Shown here piece after piece: positions 1 to 9,849 of a stretch of 46,793 nt of DNA. The notes under the pieces were generated by a model, which worked only from the letters and a program-made list of their open reading frames with translations, ran no database searches and was not told the DNA's origin. This DNA is from a bacterium (GTDB lineage Bacteria; Patescibacteriota; Minisyncoccia; Phycocordibacterales; SBAW01), in contig JAKBZO010000003.1 of assembly GCA_021839985.1 (NCBI GenBank), positions 1 through 46,793 on the forward strand, given 5' to 3'. The first letter of the stretch is position 1. Each line of letters opens with the position of its first letter. A program made the position numbers and the translations under genes.

Positions 1-58
1 AGACGAGATGGTATATGAGCACGCTCACGTTGTGGCTTTTGTGCAGGTAGATGCTCAC
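1..58 (-). CDS. tnpA: IS200/IS605-family Y1 transposase TnpA, N-terminal fragment (runs off window edge)
   Basis: Manual translation from GTG at 58 gives MSIYLHKSHNVSVLIYHLV, the characteristic N-terminus (HKSHNVSVLxYH) of IS200-like TnpA. Not in the ORF track because it is truncated. Confidence 0.8.
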   Translation of the reverse strand, partial: MSIYLHKSHNVSVLIYHLV

Positions 59-114
59 AGCTCTACTCTAACACCGCAGCAAGCTGCGGGGTATTTACCC
101 TAAGAGGGAATAAA
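1..114 (-). mobile_element. Left end of IS200/IS605-family insertion sequence
   Basis: Subterminal hairpin CCGCAGC-AA-GCTGCGG (74-89) and a small CCCT-AAG-AGGG hairpin (98-108) lie upstream of tnpA. TTTAT on the minus strand (114-110) resembles the AT-rich left cleavage/target motifs of this family. Confidence 0.7.
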
Positions 115-243
115 AGGTCCTCGCAGTAGCCAAGTGCCGTAGTAGGCTTTTCATTCACGATTTATTTTGAGATAGGTTCTAAGCACCAAACACCGCACCG
201 CCGACGTATACATAGACATTAAACAGATCCTTAGTTCATAACT

Positions 244-669
244 ATGCAAAAAATAAATAACACGACAAAGTGGGTCGCCGGTCTCATCGTGGTCGCTCTT
301 ATTTCCTTCTACGCCGGCACCATGTCTGCCTCTAAACCCGCACCTCAGGCAGGCTTCGGCGGTCAGTATGGCGCGGGTCAGAATGGCGGTGCGCGCAGCG
401 CGAGCCGCGGCGGCATGGGAGGTTTCGTGAGCGGCTCGATCGTCTCGATCGATCAGAACAGCATGACCCTCAACACGCAGAACGGCAGCTCGAAGGTCGT
501 CTTCTTCGCCACATCGACCGAGGTGATGAAGAGCGCAACCGGTTCGATCTCCGATCTTTCGGCAAATACGAACGTGGTCGTCACCGGCTCGGCGAACGCC
601 GACGGCAGCGTCACCGCGCAATCGATCCAGATCCGCCCGGCTCGGCCGCAGCAGCCAGCTGGTCAATAA
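244..669 (+). CDS. Membrane-anchored/secreted beta-rich protein (DUF5666-like)
   Basis: N-terminal hydrophobic helix, Gly-rich linker, then VSGSIVSID...VVVTGSANADGSVTAQSIQI pattern; followed by a terminator. Confidence 0.7.
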   Translation: MQKINNTTKWVAGLIVVALISFYAGTMSASKPAPQAGFGGQYGAGQNGGARSASRGGMGGFVSGSIVSIDQNSMTLNTQNGSSKVVFFATSTEVMKSATGSISDLSANTNVVVTGSANADGSVTAQSIQIRPARPQQPAGQ

Positions 670-685
670 CTTCTCTTCACTCTCT

Positions 686-720
686 AAAAAAGAACCGCCT
701 GCAGGGGCGGTTCTTTTGTT
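686..720. terminator. Bidirectional intrinsic terminator
   Basis: AAAAGAACCGCC-loop-GGCGGTTCTTTT between convergent genes. Confidence 0.8.
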
Positions 721-2366
721 TACAGATCCAAATGCTTCATCGATTCTTCCCACGTCGTCCCGACTTTTTTCCCGGGGTTGAATATGTTGAGGGGGTCGAA
801 CATGTGTTTGATATCGCGAAAGAGCTCGGTCATATCGGGACCGAACATTTTCTCGACATACGGCGTGCGGATCATGCCGTCATTGTGCTCGCCGGTGATC
901 GAACCGTGATACGAAAGCACAAGGTCGTACACGCGATGCGAAAGCTCATCGATGATATGCATGTCGTCCTTTCGCTTCGGATCCATAAGCGGAATGATAT
1001 GGAAATTGCCGTCGCCGACATGCCCCGCGATCGTTTCGAACAGATCATAGTTCTTGAGGATCGCTTGCAGCTTCGGCAGAAATTCCGGAAGCGAGGCAGG
1101 TGGCACTACGAAATCGTCGATGAACGGTGCGGTGCGCATATTGCGAACCTTCTTGCGCAGAAGGTTGAAACTCTCGCGGCGGATGACCCAGTACTTGCGT
1201 GCCGCCTGCTCATCTTTTGCCACGCGCACTCTCACGTGCGGGCGCATGGTATGGATATCGTCGGCGAGTTTTTGCGCGCGCGCCGTCGCCTCTTCTTGCC
1301 TATCCGCGCGGAACTCGACCATGAGCACGAGCTTGGGAATACCGCCGGAGAGAAGCATCCACACCTCGGGCAAGAACGCGAGACCGAGTTTGAGAAGACC
1401 CATCTTCATTTGCAGTGCGAATTCGGGGAAATATTTTGCGGCAAGCTTGAAGGTATTATCGTCGTATGACTCGAAACTATCCGGCTTGTACGTGAGCACG
1501 TCCGGAATGATCGCACCGAGATCGTTCAGATCCTTGAGCATGATGATGGTCATCGCGGAATACTTCTCCGGTTGCACGAGTCTGAAGTCGATCTTCGTGA
1601 TGATGCCAAGCGTACCCTGTGCGCCGCACATGAGACGCGCGAGATCGAGCGAGCGCACGCCGTCGCCGATGTCCCACAGCGCATAACCGGATGAATTCTT
1701 CGACACGGCCGGCCGTGCATGTTCGATGACCGGGCCATGGCTCGTGAGCAGCTTCGACACGCGGCGATACAGATCGCCCTCGAATGAGAGTTCCTTCAAC
1801 TTCGCCACCAGTGCGTCGCCTTCGAGCCGCTTGAGCGTGTGCACCTCGCCGTCGGCAAGCACGACATCGATCGACTCGAGGTACCGGCTGGTCTTGCCGT
1901 ATTTGAGATTCTTCTCGCCACCCGAATCGTTGGCGACCATGCCGCCAACGGTATTGATCTCGCGAGAGGCGGTGTAGCTCGGCAGCTCAAGTCCGTGCGC
2001 CTGCGTCGCTTTGTCGAAGTCGCGGAAATACACGCCGGGCTCGACGATCGCAGAATCCTTCCCCACCTCGATGATGCGGTTGAAATGCGGCGTCATATCG
2101 AGCACGATCGAATCGGTGAGCGGACCGCCCGACATGTCAGTACCGGCGGATCGCGCCGTAAGCGAGACATGCGCCTGCGGGTCGGCCGTCTTCTTTGCCG
2201 ATGCAAACTTCACGAGCGCACAGATATCCTCGGCGTCCTGCGGCGCCACGACCGCTTCCGGCTTCACCACAAACAAACTTGCGTCGCGGCTCGCGCGCGT
2301 GAGCGTCGCGTCGTCGGTCTCGACTTCACCGCGCACGATACCTCGCAATTCGTCTGCAAAAGACAT
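720..2366 (-). CDS. FAD-binding oxidoreductase, GlcD/D-2-hydroxyacid dehydrogenase (FAD-linked oxidase) family
   Basis: RSAGTDMSGG FAD-binding segment, VEPGV, TVGGMVAND, GTLGIIT, GHVGDGNFH, GEHNDG, FDPLNIFNPGK motifs. Confidence 0.9.
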   Translation of the reverse strand: MSFADELRGIVRGEVETDDATLTRASRDASLFVVKPEAVVAPQDAEDICALVKFASAKKTADPQAHVSLTARSAGTDMSGGPLTDSIVLDMTPHFNRIIEVGKDSAIVEPGVYFRDFDKATQAHGLELPSYTASREINTVGGMVANDSGGEKNLKYGKTSRYLESIDVVLADGEVHTLKRLEGDALVAKLKELSFEGDLYRRVSKLLTSHGPVIEHARPAVSKNSSGYALWDIGDGVRSLDLARLMCGAQGTLGIITKIDFRLVQPEKYSAMTIIMLKDLNDLGAIIPDVLTYKPDSFESYDDNTFKLAAKYFPEFALQMKMGLLKLGLAFLPEVWMLLSGGIPKLVLMVEFRADRQEEATARAQKLADDIHTMRPHVRVRVAKDEQAARKYWVIRRESFNLLRKKVRNMRTAPFIDDFVVPPASLPEFLPKLQAILKNYDLFETIAGHVGDGNFHIIPLMDPKRKDDMHIIDELSHRVYDLVLSYHGSITGEHNDGMIRTPYVEKMFGPDMTELFRDIKHMFDPLNIFNPGKKVGTTWEESMKHLDL

Positions 2367-2399
2367 GCTTTCAGTATAGCAGGTGTTTTCAGTTGCGCT

Positions 2400-3905
2400 C
2401 TACTCCGCCATGAGCAGTTGTTCTTCTTGTTCCTGTGTGATCGGCAGATCATGATCGAGTTTCATAAAGAGCGCCGCGAACGCGCCGACGGCGACAAGCA
2501 TTGAAGCTATCAAAAACACGTCTGAGTATGCCGCAACCTGCGCTTTCAGTTCGATAAGAGCGATGCCTTGCTGTATGACCTCTGGATTGGTGCTTCGAAT
2601 AACGCTGTTCTGTGCGATCGAGAGCACACGCACCTTTTCTGAATATTGCAGGATCGTGCCGAAGAGCGCGATGCCGAATGCGCCCGCCGTGTTACGCACA
2701 AGCGCGAGGATCGCTGAGGCGATGCCGATCTCGCTCTGAGGAACCGCGGCCGCAACAACGGCGGTGCGCTGTGCCATGCCGAAGCCCATCGTGAGCGACA
2801 TGATCGCCAGCGGTATCGAAAGTTCAAGCACGGTCGATTTCGCATCAATGAACGTGTACAGATAGATGGCAAAAGCGGCACCGAGCGTACTCCAGAAGAT
2901 GACGATGTTCGCTCTCACGCGGCCGATGAGTGAGCCGCCGATCGGCGCAGCAAGCATGAGGCCGACCGCCATCGGAATGAAAAGCATGCCGGTCTGTGTC
3001 GCGTTGTAACCGAGGAATGTCTGCGCGAAGATCGGGATCAGGAAAATACTTCCCATGAGTCCGACGAACATGATGAAGTTGTTCGCAAGCGCGTTCACGA
3101 AAAGCGGTATCGTGAAGAATTTAAGATCGATGATCGGCTCGGTATGATCGCGCTCGATCGTATAAAAGATCCATGAAAAGACCGCGATCGTACCGTAACA
3201 CAGCAGACTGTTCACCGAGAGCCAGCCCCAGTCCATACCCTTGTCGAGCACGAGCACCATCGCAGAGAGCACGATGCCGAGCGTCGTGGCGCCCCACCAA
3301 TCGAACACGACGGTCTTCTTTTCGGAAGTCGATTCATGGATGAACGTGAGCGCCATCGCAAGGCCGATAAGACCGACCGGCAAGTTGATAAGGAAGACGG
3401 AGCGCCAGCCGAACAGGTCGATCATGGGGCCGCCAATGAGCGGGCCGAAGACCGATGCGGCTGCGAACGAGCTCGACCAGATGCCGAGCGCCTGCGCGCG
3501 TTCTTTTCCCGCCGGAAAGGTCACGGCTATGATCGCCATCGCGGTCGGATAATCCGCCGATGACGCGATTGCTTGAATGATGCGGAAGACGATCATCGAA
3601 CCGAAGTTCCACGCGAATCCGGCGAGCACGGAACCGAAAATGAAAATGGAGAACCCGAGAACATAGATCTTCTTACGGCCGATCGTGTCGCCGAGTTTGC
3701 CCCAGATCGGCACGAAGATCGCATTGGCAAGAATATACGCGGTCGCGATCCAGCCGGCGGTCGAGACCGTGATGCCGAAATCACTGATCATCTTCGGCAG
3801 CGCCAGGTTGACGATGTTCTGGTCGATACGACCAAGAAAGGTGCCGACGATCACGGTCGCCAGCACCCACCATTTGAGTGAAGGATTTTCGTTTGTGTTC
3901 GTCAT
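2400..3905 (-). CDS. DHA2 (EmrB/QacA) family MFS efflux permease
   Basis: About 14 TM helices, IDQNIVNLALP, GKLGDTIGRK (MFS motif A), WRSVFLINLPVG. Confidence 0.9.
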   Translation of the reverse strand: MTNTNENPSLKWWVLATVIVGTFLGRIDQNIVNLALPKMISDFGITVSTAGWIATAYILANAIFVPIWGKLGDTIGRKKIYVLGFSIFIFGSVLAGFAWNFGSMIVFRIIQAIASSADYPTAMAIIAVTFPAGKERAQALGIWSSSFAAASVFGPLIGGPMIDLFGWRSVFLINLPVGLIGLAMALTFIHESTSEKKTVVFDWWGATTLGIVLSAMVLVLDKGMDWGWLSVNSLLCYGTIAVFSWIFYTIERDHTEPIIDLKFFTIPLFVNALANNFIMFVGLMGSIFLIPIFAQTFLGYNATQTGMLFIPMAVGLMLAAPIGGSLIGRVRANIVIFWSTLGAAFAIYLYTFIDAKSTVLELSIPLAIMSLTMGFGMAQRTAVVAAAVPQSEIGIASAILALVRNTAGAFGIALFGTILQYSEKVRVLSIAQNSVIRSTNPEVIQQGIALIELKAQVAAYSDVFLIASMLVAVGAFAALFMKLDHDLPITQEQEEQLLMAE

Positions 3906-3919
3906 ACCATGCTCAGGGA

Positions 3920-4043
3920 TAAGGCTTTCATTTTCGGATGCAGTGCAAGAAGAGCGCGAGGAGCGAAGCGAGCCTTACTTCGTCGTAAGGTGAGCGAGCC
4001 CCGGAGCGCTCGACGACGCAATACGCCGAAAATGGAAGCCTTA
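3920..4043 (+). repeat. 124-bp structured repeat, copy 1
   Basis: 18-bp terminal inverted repeat (3920-3937/4026-4043, one G-T). Core GAGCCTTAC...CGTAAGGTGAG is shared with 26321-26444. Confidence 0.8.
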
Positions 4044-4682
4044 TTTGGTGTAGATCCACATTCTCGCACTCATCCCATTCTTAAGTTCCGGATGCGCCGC
4101 GACATCGAAGCGTGCCTTCACTGCGAATTGTTTCACTTCGCGCTGATCCGAGATATTGAACACGACGCCCGATTCATTCGACGACGGTGCAACTTCGTCG
4201 ACCACGCCCTGGAATTGTTCGCTCCCAAACGCGTCGACCGTGAAGACGACCGTATCGCCGACCGCGATCCGCGAGAGTCCCTTGTCTTCATCGACATTGC
4301 CGACCACGCGCAGCGCCGAAGGATCGATCATGTCGACCACCGCTTCGCCCGGCGCCACCGCCGCGCCGATCTTATCCGGCACGCTTACGATGACACCCGA
4401 TACTTTCGTTTTGATCAGCTCATTCCCGACCTGCGCCACGGCCTCATCCGCTCTGACCGTGTCACCCTCCTGTACGAAGATCTCCTGCAGCGTCCCGCTT
4501 CCCTGCGGCGAAAGTTCGATGATGGGCGCCGCGATCGACGCCTTGTCGGTATACACGCGTGAGCCTGAAATAATGAGGTACGCGATAAGACCAGCTCCTG
4601 CCGCGATCACGAAGACGGCCGCCAGCGTTTGTATCCACACGCGGCGTGAAAATGTTTTTGAAGTGTTCGTTGGTGAGTCCAT
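4041..4682 (-). CDS. HlyD/EmrA-family efflux adaptor (short, little alpha-hairpin)
   Basis: N-terminal TM, lipoyl-like VQEGDTV / IKTKVSGVI halves, beta-barrel, LKNGMSA end motif; directly upstream of the DHA2 permease. Confidence 0.85.
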   Translation of the reverse strand: MDSPTNTSKTFSRRVWIQTLAAVFVIAAGAGLIAYLIISGSRVYTDKASIAAPIIELSPQGSGTLQEIFVQEGDTVRADEAVAQVGNELIKTKVSGVIVSVPDKIGAAVAPGEAVVDMIDPSALRVVGNVDEDKGLSRIAVGDTVVFTVDAFGSEQFQGVVDEVAPSSNESGVVFNISDQREVKQFAVKARFDVAAHPELKNGMSARMWIYTK

Positions 4683-4690
4683 AAAAATAA

Positions 4691-6187
4691 TTACTGTGCG
4701 CTAGTGCCGAACGCCGCGACGCGATCTCCCTCCGAGATACCGGAGACGATCTGCGCGTTGCCAGAATTGTCGATCGTGCCGACCACCACCGGCGTCAGCG
4801 TGCGCACGCTACCCTTGATGACGAGCACGTACGTCTGCGTGCCTTGCGTGATGATCGCGCTCTGCGGAACAACGAGCGTATCATTCGCACCGCCGATGTC
4901 GATCGAGAGATTCGCCGTCAGCCCCGCCTTGATGCGCGCATCGGCATCGGTGAATTGAACGGTCACCTTATATGCCGGCACGCCGCTCGTGATCGTGGCC
5001 GAGGGATCGATCGCAACGACCGTCGCACTGAAGGTGCTGTCCGGATACGCGTCGAGGCGCACGGTTGCCGTTTGTCCCACCTTTATCTTCGCCATGTCGA
5101 CTTCCGACACCAGCGTCTTGACCTCGAAGTGAGCGTTTGAGTTGAGTGATATGAATGATTGTCCGGCCGCGACTACTTCTCCCGTGTTGCCGTCCTGTCG
5201 TACGATCGTACCTGCGATCGGCGCGCGGATGACCGAGTGTGCTAGATCGACGTTCGCTGCGTCGAGTGACGCCTGCGCCGCCGCGACCGCAGCCTCTTGT
5301 GCGGCGACCTGATCCGACGTAGCTCCAGCAACATCGAGCGCCAAATGGCCTTCGGCGCTATTGAGCGTTGCGAGCGCTGCAGAAACATTCGCGCGCGCCG
5401 CCGCGATATTCGTCTGATATCCGTAAAGGACCGCGCTTGAGTTGGTGTTCGCCGGGATCGCGGAGGTGAGCGATGCAGCGGCAGCATCAAGCAGCGCATT
5501 CACGTCATCAAGATGGTCGCGTGCCGTCTTGGCGTCCGCGATCAGATCCGTGTCGAGCACGTTCGAAAGTTCTGGGAGCGTATCATGCCATGACGAAAGC
5601 ATCGACTCAGCTGACACCCGCAGCGCAAGCGTATCCGTCGTGATCTGTTGGTTGGTCGTCAAGAAAGTGAGCGTTGGCTGCACCGTGCGCGGATTGTTGA
5701 TGAACTGATCGACTTTGTTATGAACGGCGTCATCGGCAGCGATGTAGCCGCTTTCGATCGCCTGTTCGACCGCGATGCGCGCCGTCGCGAGTTCTTCCGG
5801 TCGCGCACCCGCCTGAAGATCGGCGAGCTTTGCCTGCTGCGCCTCAAGCGCGGCCTGCGCTCCATCGCGCGCTGCCACGAGATCACCGTTTGAAAGCGTT
5901 GCGAGCACTTGCCCTGTCGCAACCTGAGAACCGACGCTAACCGGCAGCGTGCCGATCGTACCACCGCGGCTAAATCCGAGATCGATACTCTCCGTTGCTG
6001 AAACCGTTCCGGTCGTCTCGACCGCTCCCGTGACCGAGCCGCGCGTCACGACCACGGTCTGTGCGCTCGGCGTGCGCGAAGCATATATAGAGACGAACAA
6101 GATCGCCAGACACGCCAAACCAAAAGCCGACCCGATAACCACGGGCGGCGTCAAGAATGTCTGAGCTTTCGACAAAATACCTTTCAT
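4691..6187 (-). CDS. Efflux RND/HlyD-type periplasmic adaptor with long helical insert
   Basis: TM anchor, VSVGSQVATGQVLATL, IRAPIAGTI, VSEVDMAKIKVGQ, IKAGLTA, GISEGDRV. Start placed at ATG 6187 (MKGILS). Confidence 0.85.
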   Translation of the reverse strand: MKGILSKAQTFLTPPVVIGSAFGLACLAILFVSIYASRTPSAQTVVVTRGSVTGAVETTGTVSATESIDLGFSRGGTIGTLPVSVGSQVATGQVLATLSNGDLVAARDGAQAALEAQQAKLADLQAGARPEELATARIAVEQAIESGYIAADDAVHNKVDQFINNPRTVQPTLTFLTTNQQITTDTLALRVSAESMLSSWHDTLPELSNVLDTDLIADAKTARDHLDDVNALLDAAAASLTSAIPANTNSSAVLYGYQTNIAAARANVSAALATLNSAEGHLALDVAGATSDQVAAQEAAVAAAQASLDAANVDLAHSVIRAPIAGTIVRQDGNTGEVVAAGQSFISLNSNAHFEVKTLVSEVDMAKIKVGQTATVRLDAYPDSTFSATVVAIDPSATITSGVPAYKVTVQFTDADARIKAGLTANLSIDIGGANDTLVVPQSAIITQGTQTYVLVIKGSVRTLTPVVVGTIDNSGNAQIVSGISEGDRVAAFGTSAQ

Positions 6188-6253
6188 ACCACAGCGATTT
6201 GACAAAATCACTGTAGCATATTATTTCATGTTTCGCAAGGAATACGCGGCTTC

Positions 6254-7795
6254 TTATGCCAAGCCCGGGAAGAAATCTTTTTTGATGCGACGGCGCGGCA
6301 CACCCATAGAACGAAGCGTTGCGTCCATTGCGGAGACCATGCCGTGCGGACCGGAGAGATAGAATGTGCGCTGCGCATGGTCTGGTATTCGTTTCTCTAT
6401 GAAATTACGATCGATAGTACCCATATACGTATCACCTGGCGTCGACAGTGAAGCCACCTCCCCCGAAAGCACGTAAGTGGTCTTCATGCCGAAGAGCTCT
6501 GCAGCTCGATCGAACACGTCGCGATATGCGATCTCGTCGGCTTTTTTGTTCGAGTACAGCATGACCACATCACGCGATTCTCCCGAATCGATCATGTGGC
6601 GCGTCATGCTCGCAAAGGGCGTCACGCCGATGCCGCCTGCAATGAAGGCCAGCTTGCGTTTCGGATCACGCGGCATAACGAAGTCGCCCGAGAGATGCGA
6701 CGCGGAGATCACTCCGCCGATCGGCAGCTTGAAGATCGCTTTTTTGAAAGAACTCGGCGCGTCGTACACTTTCACGCCGATGCGTATGTACTCGTCCTCA
6801 GGCGATGACGCGATCGTAAAGTAGCGCCGATTGCCGCGCGAGTCAGGGCGCGAATGACCGAGTGTCCATTCGATATATTGCCCCGGCGTGAACGCGAACG
6901 CTTCCCGTCTATCGCTTGAGAAGACGAATTCATATACGCCGTTTCCAAGCTTGTTGCGCTCGACGAGCGTGAGCATGAATCGCTCTTTCGGACTCATCAG
7001 GAATGAGAAGATGTTGCCCGCAAGAAGCGCGAGCTCCGGCGTGAAGAAGAAGCCGAAGATGTTCACGGCGGGGGCAAGAAGAACGCCAACAAACCCTCCA
7101 TAGAGCACGCGTCGGAGTGCGGTCGGTGGCGTCGTGAGCGGCTCCGAGAGCATCGCGAATGCAAAGAAAAGCACCGGCGTGTAGAGCAGCGCTTGCACTG
7201 AGGTGGTCACGGCATCACTCGACGTGAGCGCTATTGCGGCAAAGAGGGCGCCAAAGAAACCGAACATGAGATCGAAGCGGCGGATCTTGCGGACCACGAG
7301 CAGACCGCCGACCGTGACGAACGGCAAGAGCCAAAGACTGCCACCGATCCACCACGTCGCCGATTGACCGATCATGAACGATGAAATCGCCACGCCGAAG
7401 GCGGCGGGGTTGAAGATATGCTTGCGCCGATAGGCAAAGATGAATTTCGACGCCATCGCCCACACGGAAGCGAAGACGAGTCCGGCGACACCCGCCGCGT
7501 CGGTCCACGATACCGGGTTCATGATGAGCACTATGACCAGCGCGGTGATATAGGGCGACTCGACATTCGCTGGCGCATCAAAGCCCCACGCAAAGACCCA
7601 ATTCGCGAGTGCCGAAACCGCGAGGATGAGCGCTGTCGAAAAGAGAAGTTGGAGCGGAGAGAACGCCAATAGTCCGAAGAAGCTCAGAGCGAATGCGACG
7701 ACGATCAGCAAGGCGGCATAGTAGAGCACCACGCGATACATAGTGATGCGATCGAGCTCGCTGTCGATGGTCTTAAATAGTTGCAACATGGTCAT
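6254..7795 (-). CDS. RnfD/NqrB-like membrane domain fused to FAD/NAD(P)H-binding ferredoxin-reductase domain
   Basis: Polytopic N-half with KHIFNPAAFG and AMLSEPLTTP (RnfD/NqrB-like). C-half has RRYFTIASSP, AFIAGGIGVTPF, YLSGPHGMV (FNR-like). Confidence 0.85.
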   Translation of the reverse strand: MTMLQLFKTIDSELDRITMYRVVLYYAALLIVVAFALSFFGLLAFSPLQLLFSTALILAVSALANWVFAWGFDAPANVESPYITALVIVLIMNPVSWTDAAGVAGLVFASVWAMASKFIFAYRRKHIFNPAAFGVAISSFMIGQSATWWIGGSLWLLPFVTVGGLLVVRKIRRFDLMFGFFGALFAAIALTSSDAVTTSVQALLYTPVLFFAFAMLSEPLTTPPTALRRVLYGGFVGVLLAPAVNIFGFFFTPELALLAGNIFSFLMSPKERFMLTLVERNKLGNGVYEFVFSSDRREAFAFTPGQYIEWTLGHSRPDSRGNRRYFTIASSPEDEYIRIGVKVYDAPSSFKKAIFKLPIGGVISASHLSGDFVMPRDPKRKLAFIAGGIGVTPFASMTRHMIDSGESRDVVMLYSNKKADEIAYRDVFDRAAELFGMKTTYVLSGEVASLSTPGDTYMGTIDRNFIEKRIPDHAQRTFYLSGPHGMVSAMDATLRSMGVPRRRIKKDFFPGLA

Positions 7796-8511
7796 TGAAA
7801 TGAGGAGGTCATCGTCGCGACCCCGTCAGTATCTATCATATACGCTTCGAGCCCCGGGAGCGACTCGATGAATGCTGCGCCACGCTTCCCCATCGCGAAT
7901 GCTGCGGTCGCAAAACGATCCGCTTCAAGGATATCCGGACCGATGACCGTGATACTCGCAACATCGTGCGCTGCCGTATGAGACGCGCGCGGATCATAGA
8001 TATGACCGCCGCGCATGGAGGAGCCGGAGGTGGCGACGCCGCGGCCGCGCGGCACGACGACCTTCACGATCTGCTCGAAGTCGAACGGGTTGCGAATGCC
8101 GATCCGCCACTCTTCCCCTTCGGCGCTGCGTCCTTCCGTGTGAATATCTCCGCCTGCGTCGATAAGAAAATCATGGTAGCCGCGAGCGCGCACGATATCC
8201 GCCGCTTTTTTTATCGCCCAGCCTTTGGTGATGCCGGAGGGATCAATGCGCCCATCCGCGCGCACGATATCGAAGTAGCCGTCCGTCTCCTGTTTTGTCT
8301 TTTCTGCGATGATGAGGATCTCCTGAAGCTCAGCGCTCGTGGCGCTCTCGCCGCGGTTGAGTGCGGCGACCTCGCTATCATCGCGGAAGAAGCTGAATCG
8401 TTTTTCGACTTCGGTGAGGAACGCGAACACCTCATTGAGTGCGTCCGCGTTATGCGCGTCGACGATATCGACGACGATCGGCATGGTCATGATGACGCGC
8501 GTTTCTTTCAT
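7792..8511 (-). CDS. apbE: FAD:protein FMN transferase (ApbE family), short form
   Basis: ITKGWAI, DAGGDI, VATSG, HIYDPR, ADRFATA motifs; 4-nt overlap with the downstream gene. Confidence 0.9.
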   Translation of the reverse strand: MKETRVIMTMPIVVDIVDAHNADALNEVFAFLTEVEKRFSFFRDDSEVAALNRGESATSAELQEILIIAEKTKQETDGYFDIVRADGRIDPSGITKGWAIKKAADIVRARGYHDFLIDAGGDIHTEGRSAEGEEWRIGIRNPFDFEQIVKVVVPRGRGVATSGSSMRGGHIYDPRASHTAAHDVASITVIGPDILEADRFATAAFAMGKRGAAFIESLPGLEAYMIDTDGVATMTSSFQ

Positions 8512-8522
8512 AGCAGATCAGT

Positions 8523-9092
8523 TTAGTTAAGACCGGCTTTCGTCAGCGCAGATGCCAGCGATTGTATGAACGCCCTGCTGGTGTGTGTCGCGCCGGAGAC
8601 CGCATTGACCTGCGCGCTCTGCGCTGCGATCGCTTCTTGCGTGAGGATCGGCATCGCGTAGTCGTTGATCTGCTGCGACGTACTGCGATCGCTTGGATAC
8701 TGCAAGAATTGCACGTCAGTGAGTTTTCCGCAGGAGACGGTCGCTTGTACCTGTACGGTGCCGTAGTACGCATCGGCCGTAGCGCCGGTATACGTGCCGC
8801 TTGTGCCGCAGCTGTTCATCATGCCTCCGCCCATTCCCATGCCGCTTCCAGTTTGAGTTTGTACCTGTGTCTGAGTTTGCGTCTGGATTCTCGTTTGGGT
8901 TTTCGTCGGAGTGCTCGCGGCTTTTCGGGACACAATAATAATAGAAGAAGATGTGGGTTGCGACACGGCGGGCGGTATCGTCCGAGTAGGCAGATTATCT
9001 GCCACATACGTCAGCGTATTGCCGGCATACTGATAGATCGCATAGACGATCGATGCGACTATAAGAGAACCCGATATGAAAAATCGCTTCAT
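8523..9092 (-). CDS. Membrane-anchored FMN-binding (flavinylated) domain protein
   Basis: N-terminal TM, low-complexity Q/T linker, C-terminal FMN_bind domain with flavinylation motif VNAVSGATHTS. Confidence 0.9.
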   Translation of the reverse strand: MKRFFISGSLIVASIVYAIYQYAGNTLTYVADNLPTRTIPPAVSQPTSSSIIIVSRKAASTPTKTQTRIQTQTQTQVQTQTGSGMGMGGGMMNSCGTSGTYTGATADAYYGTVQVQATVSCGKLTDVQFLQYPSDRSTSQQINDYAMPILTQEAIAAQSAQVNAVSGATHTSRAFIQSLASALTKAGLN

Positions 9093-9119
9093 AATAGTAG
9101 GTACGCGCTCGCGCCGAAA

Positions 9120-9833
9120 TTATTTCATGTCGCGCGCCTCTTCCTGCACGCCATAGGCATGTACGACGCCCTGCTGATCGACATCGCCAGCGACGAACAA
9201 TTCCTCGCCGACGCGAAGCGCGCTCAGGTCGAACCCGGAAGGCGGCATGACCACATGGGAAAGATCGTCAGCGTCGGCGTCACTATCGTTATGGACGAGC
9301 ACGAAGGTCGAGGTCGCGACCGACTGGACCGCTCCTTGGAATACGCCCTTGTCCTCATGCTTAGCATGGATGTCTTCGTACCAATCGCCGATGAACGGCA
9401 GTGCGTGTTCGTCCGCCTGCGAGAGAAGCGTGGCATGAAGCGGCGTTCGATCGACCACCATACCAGCAAGGATCGTAAGCGCCACGACGCCGCCGAAGAG
9501 ATAGAGAAGCGGCATGCGATACGCGAAGCGCAGAGAGCGCAGCGCCCATTCAAGCGCGACGACCAGCACCACCATGATCGCAAAGAGGGTCCACGGGAAA
9601 AGCGCCGCGAACGTTTCAAATCCGCGCAGACCGAATCCGAGCAGCATCTGTTCCCCGCTTTCCCGCAGTGCGAACATGATGCCGCTTGCAAGAAATGCCG
9701 CGAGCGCAAGGATCACCAGCACAAGCGCCGCGACACCGACCACGCGCAGCGCGAAATACCAGCGCGGCAAAGGAGCAACCTTTCCGCGATGGATCTTCTC
9801 AAGTACCTGCTGTTGTAGTTCGTTCTTCTCCAT
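9120..9833 (-). CDS. Membrane protein, possible anti-sigma/ECF partner
   Basis: Starts MEKNELQQQV 16 nt after the ECF stop; 3 TM segments plus C-terminal beta-rich extracellular domain. Anti-sigma role is inferred from position only. Confidence 0.65.
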   Translation of the reverse strand: MEKNELQQQVLEKIHRGKVAPLPRWYFALRVVGVAALVLVILALAAFLASGIMFALRESGEQMLLGFGLRGFETFAALFPWTLFAIMVVLVVALEWALRSLRFAYRMPLLYLFGGVVALTILAGMVVDRTPLHATLLSQADEHALPFIGDWYEDIHAKHEDKGVFQGAVQSVATSTFVLVHNDSDADADDLSHVVMPPSGFDLSALRVGEELFVAGDVDQQGVVHAYGVQEEARDMK

Positions 9834-9849
9834 AGTGTTATCAAAATGA

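Noticed and set aside
8820-8905. QT repeats and GMGMGGGMM in the FMN-binding protein as a separate domain or metal site
   Set aside because: Most simply a low-complexity linker; there is no evidence of function.
8562-9818. Long antisense ORFs (also 732-1469, 11970-13025, 18085-18990, 27801-28673, 32263-33363, 43907-44992)
   Set aside because: Shadow frames opposite well-supported genes in GC-rich DNA; no recognisable motifs.
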